Shown here: positions 49,216 through 58,500 of the stretch, piece by piece
Layout of the letters: every line of letters starts with the position of its first letter
Numbering within the stretch: position 1 is the stretch's first letter
From: an uncultured Treponema sp.
GTDB taxonomy: Bacteria > Spirochaetota > Spirochaetia > Treponematales > Treponemataceae
Reading direction: 5' to 3'
Assembly (NCBI GenBank): GCA_946407195.1
Contig: CAMJNC010000002.1
Location: 5,658-69,657, forward strand
Length of the DNA stretch: 64,000 bases
Made by a program: the position numbers and the translations under genes
The notes under the pieces: generated by a model
What the model was told of the DNA's origin: nothing
What the model saw: the letters and a program-made list of their open reading frames with translations, nothing else
Database searches by the model: none

Positions 49216-49590
49216 CTATCGTTCAATTTCAGGCACTTTTTTTGTCTGTGATTTAGACAATTTTCTCTTGGATAAATCAAAGTAATTACAGACCATATAA
49301 ACTTTTGAAAAAGTTTTTCCGTCTTTTTTCCAGTTGTCCTGTTTGAGATAACCAGCAGCACGGATTTTATCTCCCTTTTGAGGATTATTTTCAAGGAATC
49401 TTTTACAATTCTCGCCATACATTTCTATGTCAAAGTATGAAACCTCTTTTTCATTTTTTTCTTCCTTATTCTGGTAAAAACGGTTTACACCAATTGTAAA
49501 AGATGACTTTTTAAAACCGGCAAGAGGTTCAGAAAAAACAGGGTCAGCAACAAGATGTCCTTCAAGAATAAGTGAATTAACCTGATTCAT
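49216..49590 (-). CDS. ssb: Single-stranded DNA-binding protein (second, Treponema-type)
   Basis: MNQVNSLILEGHLVADP...FTIGVNRFY...EVSYFDIE...GYLKQDNW; ends VPEIER. Confidence 0.88.
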   Translation of the reverse strand: MNQVNSLILEGHLVADPVFSEPLAGFKKSSFTIGVNRFYQNKEEKNEKEVSYFDIEMYGENCKRFLENNPQKGDKIRAAGYLKQDNWKKDGKTFSKVYMVCNYFDLSKRKLSKSQTKKVPEIER

Positions 49591-49593
49591 AGC

Positions 49594-50529
49594 TTACCTC
49601 TCAATTTCGTATTCAGCAGCTGATTTATTCTTTTCCGGATTCTTATCAATGTTTTCCGCACGTCTAAGATAACCAACGTTTTTTCCCACTTTGCGGCCAA
49701 AATCAGATATTGCAATTGAATTACCATTTGTAAGAATTTCAGAAAGTTCTTTTTTAAGTATCGCAGATTCACCTTTCATCATGCGAAGAGGCATGCCTTC
49801 AAGTCCGGCAGAAATAATCTGAGCTACAATCTCAGCAGCATTTTCACCGTCACAGACCATTGCCTGGCCGTTGAAATCAGGTTTTTTAAGCTGTGGATAT
49901 TCATGTTTATCTTCCATCGAATAGTTTTCACGATACTTGTTTTTTGCCCATTCCTGTTTTTCCTTGTAATAATCAAGATAGCGTTTTGTAAGATAAGATT
50001 TGAGAACTTCAGGTTTTTCAACCTGGCAGAGGTTATAGTAAGTTACAACTTTATAATCAATAACCTTAGATGCAGGATTACTTGGGTCTTCCCGGATAGA
50101 CTGCATTGTTGGAATGCCGTTTGCCCTTTCACTTTCAATAATTTTTGTATTATAACCGTTTTTTTGTGCAGAAAAAATCATTGAATCAGTTACATATTCA
50201 GGTGTCGGTGCTCCAAGCTCGCTTTGCTTAATCTTTCCCAGGATAAAAAGAAGGTCTTTCATGGACGAAGGTCCTTTTGCTTTCAACAGAACAGGAATCG
50301 TTGTATCAACGATAAAAGATTCTTCAGATTCATCAGGCAAGAGCGGACAATGGCCGCTGTTTAATGAATCAAGAACTTCACGGCTGTATTTATTGTTTAA
50401 CTGAGAAAAACGTTTCTGCTGGTCTTCCTGAAAAGCCAGCTGACGAGCTTTTTTTGAAGGAAATGCCCTGTCAACTTCCAAAATGGAAAAGCCGGGCATC
50501 CTTGTTCCACTTGCAGTTTCTAATGCCAT
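49594..50529 (-). CDS. Hypothetical protein, weak ArdC-N-like; first gene of the minus-strand block
   Basis: LGAPTPEYVT...VVTYYNLCQVE pattern; GAGG RBS; ends EYEIER. Confidence 0.7.
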   Translation of the reverse strand: MALETASGTRMPGFSILEVDRAFPSKKARQLAFQEDQQKRFSQLNNKYSREVLDSLNSGHCPLLPDESEESFIVDTTIPVLLKAKGPSSMKDLLFILGKIKQSELGAPTPEYVTDSMIFSAQKNGYNTKIIESERANGIPTMQSIREDPSNPASKVIDYKVVTYYNLCQVEKPEVLKSYLTKRYLDYYKEKQEWAKNKYRENYSMEDKHEYPQLKKPDFNGQAMVCDGENAAEIVAQIISAGLEGMPLRMMKGESAILKKELSEILTNGNSIAISDFGRKVGKNVGYLRRAENIDKNPEKNKSAAEYEIER

Positions 50530-50562
50530 AATATTAGCCTCTTATAATATTTGTTTACAGGC

Positions 50563-50674
50563 GGACTTATAATAAGTCCAGTACAACGTACATGTAAATT
50601 ATCTGATATAAATATTAAAGTGTCAATATAAAAAAACTAACTAATAGACATTTTGTAAATAATGAATGTATAAT
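50563..50674. promoter_or_regulatory. Divergent promoter region with AGTGTC-type box
   Basis: Minus: AATGTCTATTAGTTAG (50652-50637), TTGACA-N17-GATAAT (50626-50598). Plus: TAGACA-N18-TATAAT (50645-50674). IR GGACTTAT-A-ATAAGTCC at 50563-50579. Confidence 0.6.
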
Positions 50675-51159
50675 TGATTATGACTATTTTTATTCCGAAG
50701 AAAGGAACTTCACTTTATAATATGTATGCTTCAACACAGGTTGATGATAAATATTATATAGAAGAAGCAGAAGGCTCAATGCTTTTTACACAGGGAGTTG
50801 CAGTAATATTCTATAAATACCCGGATTACAGAAGGGCTTATGTAGTTAGCCTTCATTCAGAAAAAAGTGTTGTAAACGGAACAAAACTCCCAGGCATTAA
50901 GGAAAGTGTTGATATACTCTACAGGGCTACAGGAAGAAAATTCGACCTTCTAAAAAGAATGGTACACAACATGGAAAAAAGGTACGGAAAAAAAATCTAT
51001 ATGATAAAAGATACTTTCTGGCTCCGCTCTACTTCTCTGATAGAAAAGTTCAACGGTAAGGAAAGCGCAGCTACAGCTGAAAATATCGAAAAGATGATCA
51101 GGCCTTACATAGAACAAAAGCTTTATATAAATAAAATAAAAGAAGCGGAGGCAGAATGA
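50674..51159 (+). CDS. Hypothetical protein (true start probably a downstream ATG)
   Basis: 161-aa ORF, ATGA overlap with the PilZ gene. Confidence 0.7.
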   Translation: MIMTIFIPKKGTSLYNMYASTQVDDKYYIEEAEGSMLFTQGVAVIFYKYPDYRRAYVVSLHSEKSVVNGTKLPGIKESVDILYRATGRKFDLLKRMVHNMEKRYGKKIYMIKDTFWLRSTSLIEKFNGKESAATAENIEKMIRPYIEQKLYINKIKEAEAE

Positions 51160-51887
51160 GGATTTATAAAGACATACTGGATGAACTTTCAATGAACTCT
51201 ATGTACCTTATCTGGAAAGGACAGAATTTTTTCTGCACTCCACTTGATATTTCCGGAAATGTTTGGACTGTAGCAGTAGATGCGGATTTTACTGTAGAAG
51301 GTCTTTGTGAGCTTATAGTAAATTACAAGGATAAGCGCCTAGTATTTTCCTGCCACATAGGCACAGTAGAAACGGATGCAATAATTATTTCTTCATGTAT
51401 ACACCGGTGTATACTTTCAACATCAGTTTCCAAAGAAGATGAAATAGAGTTCATAAAAAAAGTAAGGGAAGTTGAAAGCCAACAGTATAAATGGAATAAG
51501 AGAAAAGAAGAGCGTTATGAAATAAAATTTGACATAGAAGCAATACAGTTTTCAAGTGCACAGCAACAGGTAATTCTGGCAGAAGAAACACTCCCGTGTT
51601 TTGTAGATAATATTTCTTTTGGAGGGGCTAAAATCATTACGTATGAAAGCCGTTATGAAGTTGGAAACCGGGTCGTGGTTAATTATACATTTGCAAACCC
51701 GATTGAAGTAATTCAAGTTCCATCATACATAAGACATATCATTTCCTTACCAAAAAAAGATGATTCAGAACGGCTCATTGCATTGTGTCTTGAATACGAC
51801 CACGCTCCCCTTGCCTTCCAGAAACGTATGACAAGTTTTGTAGAAAGGCTGAATGCATCTAAAGAAAAAACGGAGAATGCAATATGA
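51156..51887 (+). CDS. PilZ-domain (c-di-GMP receptor) protein, spirochetal PlzA-like
   Basis: RKEER (RxxxR) and NISFGG ((D/N)xSxxG) motifs after a ~110-aa N-terminal beta domain; GGAGG RBS. Confidence 0.85.
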   Translation: MRIYKDILDELSMNSMYLIWKGQNFFCTPLDISGNVWTVAVDADFTVEGLCELIVNYKDKRLVFSCHIGTVETDAIIISSCIHRCILSTSVSKEDEIEFIKKVREVESQQYKWNKRKEERYEIKFDIEAIQFSSAQQQVILAEETLPCFVDNISFGGAKIITYESRYEVGNRVVVNYTFANPIEVIQVPSYIRHIISLPKKDDSERLIALCLEYDHAPLAFQKRMTSFVERLNASKEKTENAI

Positions 51888-52126
51888 TAGCAAGAATATT
51901 CAGAAGGACCTGGCGTATTATCGTTACGGTAATTATCGTATATATTCTTTTTTTAATCTTAAGAAACAGACAGCAAATAACAGACACGATATTCCGCAAC
52001 ATAAGACATTTTATAAGAGGAATTATTAATTCAATAAGAAATCTTATTCCGCATAAGATTAAAGATACGCTTCCCATAAATGTTCTTTCCGTTATAATTC
52101 AAAACTTGACACAAAGCATACTCTAA
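51884..52126 (+). CDS. Small basic protein with one predicted TM helix
   Basis: ATGA overlap, GGAG RBS, hydrophobic IIVTVIIVYILFLIL. Confidence 0.5.
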   Translation: MIARIFRRTWRIIVTVIIVYILFLILRNRQQITDTIFRNIRHFIRGIINSIRNLIPHKIKDTLPINVLSVIIQNLTQSIL

Positions 52127-52140
52127 TCTATCATTGATAT

Positions 52141-52743
52141 ATGAACAAATACCCCACACTCGAATACGATGAAAGCTCTGTAAAGGAGATGAAACCCGTA
52201 GAGTTTTCAGAAAACGATTCCTATAACCTGCGCTTCATTAAAATCCTGCGTAAAAAAAGACAGTATCGCTCCTTCTTCTCAAAAGCCTTCGGAGTAACCG
52301 GAGCTGAATTAGACAAACTTGCAATAAACAAGGCAATGACTTTCTTCTGCCTTGAAAAAGGAACACTCCTTACATGGCCGCAGCTATTTGCTTTAAGAAA
52401 TATTCTACCTCCTGCCGGATGGTTTTATAAATATAATGAAAATCTTCCGGAGCTTTTAAAATATAATTCAAAATACAATGATTTTACTCCGGAATTATAT
52501 TCAAAATTCTCACACGGACATATTAAACTTAAGGAACTTGTAAACACTCATACCTTTGCCGGAGTTTCTGAAATGAGCAAAATAAGTATCGCAAACTTAA
52601 AGAACATGTTCCGTCTGGTAAAAAGCAATGCAGGTTATGTTAAATTTCATACAATGCCTTCAATTCCAATAATAGAAAATCTAAAGCCATACATAGATGA
52701 ACAATTGTGGTTCATAATGGAAGATGAAAAAATAAGGAAATAA
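52141..52743 (+). CDS. Hypothetical basic protein (possible DNA-binding)
   Basis: 200-aa ORF; no firm motif. Confidence 0.7.
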   Translation: MNKYPTLEYDESSVKEMKPVEFSENDSYNLRFIKILRKKRQYRSFFSKAFGVTGAELDKLAINKAMTFFCLEKGTLLTWPQLFALRNILPPAGWFYKYNENLPELLKYNSKYNDFTPELYSKFSHGHIKLKELVNTHTFAGVSEMSKISIANLKNMFRLVKSNAGYVKFHTMPSIPIIENLKPYIDEQLWFIMEDEKIRK

Positions 52744-52762
52744 AATACTTTCTGAAAAAAAT

Positions 52763-52800
52763 GGAGAGGGTAAGATTCCATACGGATTCTCCCCTCTCCT
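52763..52800 (+). terminator. Hairpin after the PilZ operon
   Basis: GGAGAGGG...CCCTCTCC inverted repeat 20 nt after the stop; insulates the silent cassette. Confidence 0.5.
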
Positions 52801-52882
52801 TGTAAAAGAAAAATTACAAAGTTTTTTAAACCCTGCAATTTAAATATCGTAATAAAACTCATCATTGTTTACATAAAAATTA

Positions 52883-54445
52883 TTGACTAATTATAATGCA
52901 GTTTCTGTCAACCAAAATGACAACCGTGATACTGTTAAAAGAAAACAGAACTGGAATAATGGACAATATAACAGAAATCTATATGGTAGTGATGACAGTA
53001 TAAAACCTACTCCGAACACCGGCCTTATTTCGCTGAAAAAAGAAGATGTCGAGGGCACTTCGAAAATGCTCTTCCGACTCCGCCACTGTTTTGATTACTA
53101 CAAAGATTTGTCAGATAGTTCTGGTTTTCGTCACACAGATGATAATTTACTAATTAATTACTTGCAGGGTGATGATAAATATTTCACCATTACCAAAGAT
53201 ATGTATTTAAACGTATCATGCGATGAGGGACAATTTACATTTAATTGTAAAAATAAAGAAGGAATTTCTTATTGGAAAGACCAAATATCTAGTGGTGGTA
53301 AACAGGTTAATTGGTATGATATTGGGTCAAACTGGTTTACTGGTAATAAGGATTATAGTTATGAATACCATTATATTTATCCAGTTTTTACAAGAAATCT
53401 TACTTTTAAAAATATGTACGAAGCTGGTTATAGAAGAACCAGATATCATGCATATGATTGGGTTATGCATTGTTCTACAAAACCAGTAACTGTAAAGGTA
53501 AAAGTTGGTAGTTGGATGACAGGCTATAGCTTTGAAGATACAACTTATTATGTTCTGGACCAGCTTTGGAAAGAAAAAGTAGACTATGGATTAGTTGATA
53601 CAACATACGGTACTAGTAATGATAATCAATCAAATCTTATTGGAATATTTTCTCGTTTAGGTTGGGTTCCTTCTGCGTTTCTTGACAAAAAGTATTATCC
53701 ATTAGGGGTTTTGTTATGTTCAGATTCCAAAAAAATTGATATGTATAAAACTAATAATTCAAGATTTGAAACAGAGACTAAATATAACTGTACGAATAAT
53801 TTAGTTACGCATTATGATCTAAGTGGTTATTATAATTATTATTCTACAATTCAATATAATACTCCTAATGAAGGCAAAGGGATTGTTGCTCAAACAAATG
53901 ACGGAAATGTAGATACAAGTAAATATTATTCAGACCCAGATACTAATAATACTTATATATATGAAACATGGGAAACAACTCTTAAAAAAAGAAATGATAA
54001 AATAATTTATGATGAAGAAAACAATTACAGAACTTATGGGGCAAGTCCATATAATTATTATTTCTATGTTTCATATAAAGATGTACCACCTTATATAATT
54101 ACTCGTAATGATATAATTAGTAATCATAATTATTATATGCAGGATTTTAAAAACTTGACAGTAGTTGATTATTCTTCAAATACTGATTTTTGGGGTAATG
54201 TAACAAGTTATGATATACATCATCATGGTAATGATAATTATGTTTTAGGTGGTTTGTTACACAAATATTGTTTTCCTACAATTTGTCCTTATAATGATGT
54301 TTATAATGGCTTTAATGAAATAGATATTGGTTCTATATTTATTAAATATAATATGATTAAACCTGGTTCTCAAAATGTTCCGGATTCAAAAACTATTCCA
54401 GTAAAGTTTACCGCCTATAAATGTGAGGCATATAAGAAAAAATAA
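52883..54445 (+). CDS. Silent alternative C-terminal cassette for the giant Ig-repeat lipoprotein
   Basis: No ATG, RBS or signal peptide. Begins with NAVSVNQNDNRDTVK and ends AYKCEAYKKK, both shared with the 55597-62088 protein; the middle is divergent. Confidence 0.85.
   Translation: MTNYNAVSVNQNDNRDTVKRKQNWNNGQYNRNLYGSDDSIKPTPNTGLISLKKEDVEGTSKMLFRLRHCFDYYKDLSDSSGFRHTDDNLLINYLQGDDKYFTITKDMYLNVSCDEGQFTFNCKNKEGISYWKDQISSGGKQVNWYDIGSNWFTGNKDYSYEYHYIYPVFTRNLTFKNMYEAGYRRTRYHAYDWVMHCSTKPVTVKVKVGSWMTGYSFEDTTYYVLDQLWKEKVDYGLVDTTYGTSNDNQSNLIGIFSRLGWVPSAFLDKKYYPLGVLLCSDSKKIDMYKTNNSRFETETKYNCTNNLVTHYDLSGYYNYYSTIQYNTPNEGKGIVAQTNDGNVDTSKYYSDPDTNNTYIYETWETTLKKRNDKIIYDEENNYRTYGASPYNYYFYVSYKDVPPYIITRNDIISNHNYYMQDFKNLTVVDYSSNTDFWGNVTSYDIHHHGNDNYVLGGLLHKYCFPTICPYNDVYNGFNEIDIGSIFIKYNMIKPGSQNVPDSKTIPVKFTAYKCEAYKKK
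52893..53019 (+). repeat. Left arm of 127-bp inverted repeat (putative inversion crossover region)
   Basis: Reverse complement of 56633-56759 with 4 mismatches (52940-52942, 52950), by manual alignment. Confidence 0.95.
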
Positions 54446-54460
54446 TTTTATCAGTTATCA

Positions 54461-54493
54461 GCTCCTGCATTCTTATGAATGCAGGAGTTTTTT
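54461..54493 (+). terminator. Rho-independent terminator of the cassette
   Basis: CTCCTGCATTC-TTAT-GAATGCAGGAG-TTTTTT. Confidence 0.85.
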
Positions 54494-54507
54494 ATGCAAT
54501 AATTTTA

Positions 54508-54536
54508 TTGCTTATGTTGTGGAATAGTTTTATAAT
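54508..54536 (+). promoter_or_regulatory. sigma70-like promoter of the internal lipoprotein gene
   Basis: TTGCTT-N17-TATAAT. Confidence 0.6.
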
Positions 54537-54610
54537 ATAATTATAGAATATCTTTACGGGACGGATGCGTATGCGACTGCACCTGTATATAAAGATGACA
54601 TTTTAAGGAA

Positions 54611-55516
54611 ATGGAGTTGAAAAAGTTTCAAAAAACTAATTTTATTAAAACACTGGGAGCAGCAATGCTCTTCACATTTATCCTATCGGTATCTGGTTGT
54701 AGTCAGCCTTCTAATCCATCAAGCAATAATACACAGCAGCCGGATAATAATCAGTCTGAACCAGAAGTATCATTGGCAAGAATAGCAAATACACAGAAGC
54801 TTCTTGCATATCTTAAAAAATACAATTGGATTTCAGAAAATTTTTCTGTTACATATGGTAATAATGATACAGAATATGATTCAACTCAAGCAATGACATT
54901 TACAGTTAACCAGAATGATACTTTGACAATGTATAATCCCAATGGAACTGTTTATCGTACATTTGATATAAGTATAAATAACTTGAGTTCAAATCCAGAT
55001 GAATATGAAAGTCCACAATTTAAATTACCAAATGAATCTGAAAAAGTTCTGGTTTTCGGGATTGCAGATTGCAATACTTTGGAAACAAGAGGTTATGATG
55101 ATATTGTAATGTATATTACAAATGATAATACAATTCTTCCAAACAGGTATTATCAGAATTTCATGAAACAAACAAATAATAATAATTCTGGTTCCTCAGG
55201 AACCTCTATAGCTGAATCAGATATAAACGGAACATGGTTTCTGAACAAGGGAAACACCTCTCAGCAGAACATAACGTTCAACAACGGTAACATTACCGTA
55301 AATGCAAATACAGGAAGCGGAAACCAGAGGACTGCAACCTATACACTTAATAATGGTGTTATGAGTATAAGCTATAATTTTTCTGGACAGTCGCTTTCTG
55401 CGGACTATACTGTTACCCTAGAAAACAGCCAGCTAACGCTTACCGGAAAGAGCGGTGACTATACAGCGATTTCTGCAGGACTTTTCCAGAGTTCAAGCCT
55501 TACTTTTACAAGGTAG
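54611..55516 (+). CDS. Lipoprotein with C-terminal beta-rich (lipocalin-like) domain
   Basis: LGAAMLFTFILSVSG-C lipobox, N/S/Q-rich linker, DINGTW motif. Confidence 0.8.
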   Translation: MELKKFQKTNFIKTLGAAMLFTFILSVSGCSQPSNPSSNNTQQPDNNQSEPEVSLARIANTQKLLAYLKKYNWISENFSVTYGNNDTEYDSTQAMTFTVNQNDTLTMYNPNGTVYRTFDISINNLSSNPDEYESPQFKLPNESEKVLVFGIADCNTLETRGYDDIVMYITNDNTILPNRYYQNFMKQTNNNNSGSSGTSIAESDINGTWFLNKGNTSQQNITFNNGNITVNANTGSGNQRTATYTLNNGVMSISYNFSGQSLSADYTVTLENSQLTLTGKSGDYTAISAGLFQSSSLTFTR

Positions 55517-55556
55517 TTTTACTTTCTATAAGTTAATTATATACTCATCAGAAAAG

Positions 55557-55588
55557 ACAGACGGTCTTTCGACCGCCTGTTTTTTTTT
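55557..55588. terminator. Likely bidirectional terminator between convergent genes
   Basis: ACAGACGGTC-TTTC-GACCGCCTGT followed by T-run, preceded by A-rich tract. Confidence 0.7.
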
Positions 55589-55596
55589 ACCATATT

Positions 55597-58500
55597 TTAT
55601 TTCTTTTTGTATGCTTCGCATTTATATGCAGAAAAATAAACTGGAATATTCTTGAAACATAGTTGTGGAACTGAAGCATTTCCTTTAATAGCTAATTTGT
55701 ATTTTATATCTACATATCCAATATATATGTTATTATAATTATTATATACATAATTATATGGACAAATCACTGGTTCGCAATACTCGTGCATAAGTGTTGC
55801 ATATATTGTTACGTAACAATCATCTTCATGCCCCCAACCCCAATAATTGTAATCATGTATATCCATATATGGTATATAATAATTTGCATTGTTTAATATT
55901 TGGGATTTAGTAACAGTATATGGTGTTACATCTTTGTATGTTACATATGCTTTAAAACCATCCAAATATGTCCTGTTGCTAAAATCTGAAGGAGATGGAT
56001 ATTTTAATCCCAATTTATGTTTGTTTTCAATATCATAAACTTTTACATTGTTGCCTTCTGTATAAAGTTCTGTTGCGTAGTTTTTCCTATTTTTATTCCG
56101 ACCATCAATTGCTAATGCAACTATATTGTATGGATAATATTCTGTTTTATTTATATCAGTATTTCTATAGATATAATAATCAGAATTAGGATAATTACTA
56201 AAAAAATTATATGGATTAATATACCAAACTGGACTAACTATTCCTAAACCTTCATCTGAAAAGAAATATGGTACCTCATCATCGTCATACTTCCAGTATG
56301 CAATACTTTGATTATTGTACATTGTTGCACTTAATTCATGATATTTATATCCAGTTTTATATACAGGTATTTCACCTATTTTTTGATTTGAATAATAAAT
56401 TGGTTCATAATGGTCTATCCATTTATCTTCACACATGAATGTCCAATACATATCCTTTGTAATACTGAAGTAAATATTATCTGTTTCAATATAATTTTTA
56501 TAAGTTCTGTATGCTCCATTTAAAGTGGTTGCATTATAATCAACATCTTTGTAATAATCAAAACAGTGTTTCAGGCAAAAGATTTTTTTAGTTGTACCTT
56601 CAATATTCTCTTTCTTTATGGCAATAAGTCCAGTGTTCGGAGTAGGTTTTATACTGTCATCACTACCATATAGATTTCTGTTATATTGTCCATTATTCCA
56701 GATCTGTTTGGCTTTAACAGTATCACGGTTGTCATTTTGGTTGACAGAAACTGCATTATTGAATTCAGCAGCGACATTACCTTTTGGTGAATACACAATA
56801 TCTGTAATTTCTCCGGCCGCATATTTATTGGTAATCTGTGCATAAATCAGGATTTCCTCACCGTCTGCGAGATAAATATTTCCGTTTTTATATTCAGAAA
56901 AAGCTCCAGCTATAGCATTCGGGTCTGGTTCAAAGGAAATGTTATAGTTCTCATAATAACCGCTGTAAGAAATTTTCTGTGATTTCTTCACTTCTTTGGT
57001 CAGGCCTTCTTTATTCAGCTGTGTCGTTATGTTTATACCAGTACTACCCTCTTTTACAACGGTTACATGGACTGTTGCCTGCATTACTTCCTTACCAACA
57101 CTATTCGTAATTACCTGTTTTGAAACTGTTGTCTTTATTACATCAGTATTTTCAGAATCAACTTTAATATCCATTTCTTTCGGTGAGTATGTTACGAAGA
57201 AATCAAAACCTTTATCAAAGGTCTTATCATCACCTTTATCAACAAGGTTAATGCTTGGCAGGAATGAACCTCTTGTATCTGTAACTGTCATTTCACTGTA
57301 GTATTCAACATAAACATTAAGAGTAGGTATTGTATTACATTTGGTAGAAGTCATCATACCCTTAATTGTACCTGCTACTCCGCCAGAGTATTCTTTTACA
57401 CCAGTTATATATATTTTTTTCTCGGTTTCATTAACTGTATAAGAAAAATATTGTTCAGGAGCACTGCCCCAGCTCTGCCCGTAACCGGTCATCTCGTCAT
57501 ACCACTGGAGCGTACAGTTTGCAGGTTCTGTATAATAAGATACGGCAGTCGTCTCTCCTGGCATTACATGCACGTTGCTTGTGGCAAGCTTTATAACAGC
57601 GTCCGAAAGAATGATTACCTGGCATTCAGCATAAGTACCATCAGGAAGACGGGCTGTAATTGTTGTCATCCCTTCTGATTTCGGAGTTACTGTACATGTA
57701 GGACCTGCTGTTTTAGGTACGCTTACAACATTAACGCCGCCGTTCTTTACTGCGGTCCATTCTATCTGTTTCTGTTCACCGTTCTTGCCGTTTACTACAG
57801 TTGCAGTAATCTTAAATGAACCATCGCTTTTATAAGCAGCCTCATAATATGTTGAAAGTTCAATGCGTTTTTCACCCTTCTTAGTTGTCTTAATCCAAAG
57901 CTGTGTTTCTGCTCCAGAAGAATGAGAAATGCGTACTACATATTCAACATCACCTTTAATACATGATAAAAGAGCATCTGTTCCCGTAAAAGTACCGTCA
58001 GCAGCTCCATTCTTGAAAATAAGTCCACCTTTTTCACCACTTATAACTTCCCATTTAAGGTTATATTTCTCTCCTTCAGAAACATTTCCCCCGGAAATTA
58101 CGGCCGATAAAGTAAGGTCTTCACCTTCTTCCATATTATGAATAATGGAACTTCCAACCGAAATATCAGGAATACGGATGTCATCTTCTTCAATTGTAAT
58201 TAAAGTCTGCGTCTGGGCCATCAGCTCGCCTTCTGTCGTAGTCATAGTCGCAGTAAGGTAAACATTTCCGGCATGACGTGGAGCAACGAAAGCGGTCTGC
58301 TTAGAACCGGCAGCATAAAGAATGTCCGTATCAGAAGATACATAATTTATATTGAAATCATTTTCCTGAGCCGGAACCTGCATAGGAATAAAGTAAATCT
58401 TTCCTGCTCTGAGGGTCATATTCTGCTGAGAGAACGCAAAATCCTGGAACTCACTTACAGAAAGGAGGATATCAATTGTCTGGGCACATTTCGGATGCTT

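Noticed and set aside
50530-50673. oriT in the divergent intergenic region
   Set aside because: Only a short IR; no recognisable nic consensus and no relaxase in the window.
52141-52743. Candidate invertase for the adjacent inversion
   Set aside because: No tyrosine-recombinase R...HxxR...Y or serine-recombinase YxRxS motif visible.
54611-55516. Lipoprotein also ends in Arg (LTFTR)
   Set aside because: Has a Sec/lipoprotein signal and lacks the charged disordered tail; likely a terminal beta strand, not the export motif.
52883-56759. Diversity-generating retroelement (TR/VR pair)
   Set aside because: Repeats are inverted, lie at the start of the variable region rather than at the C-terminus, have only 4 clustered mismatches, and no reverse transcriptase is in the window.
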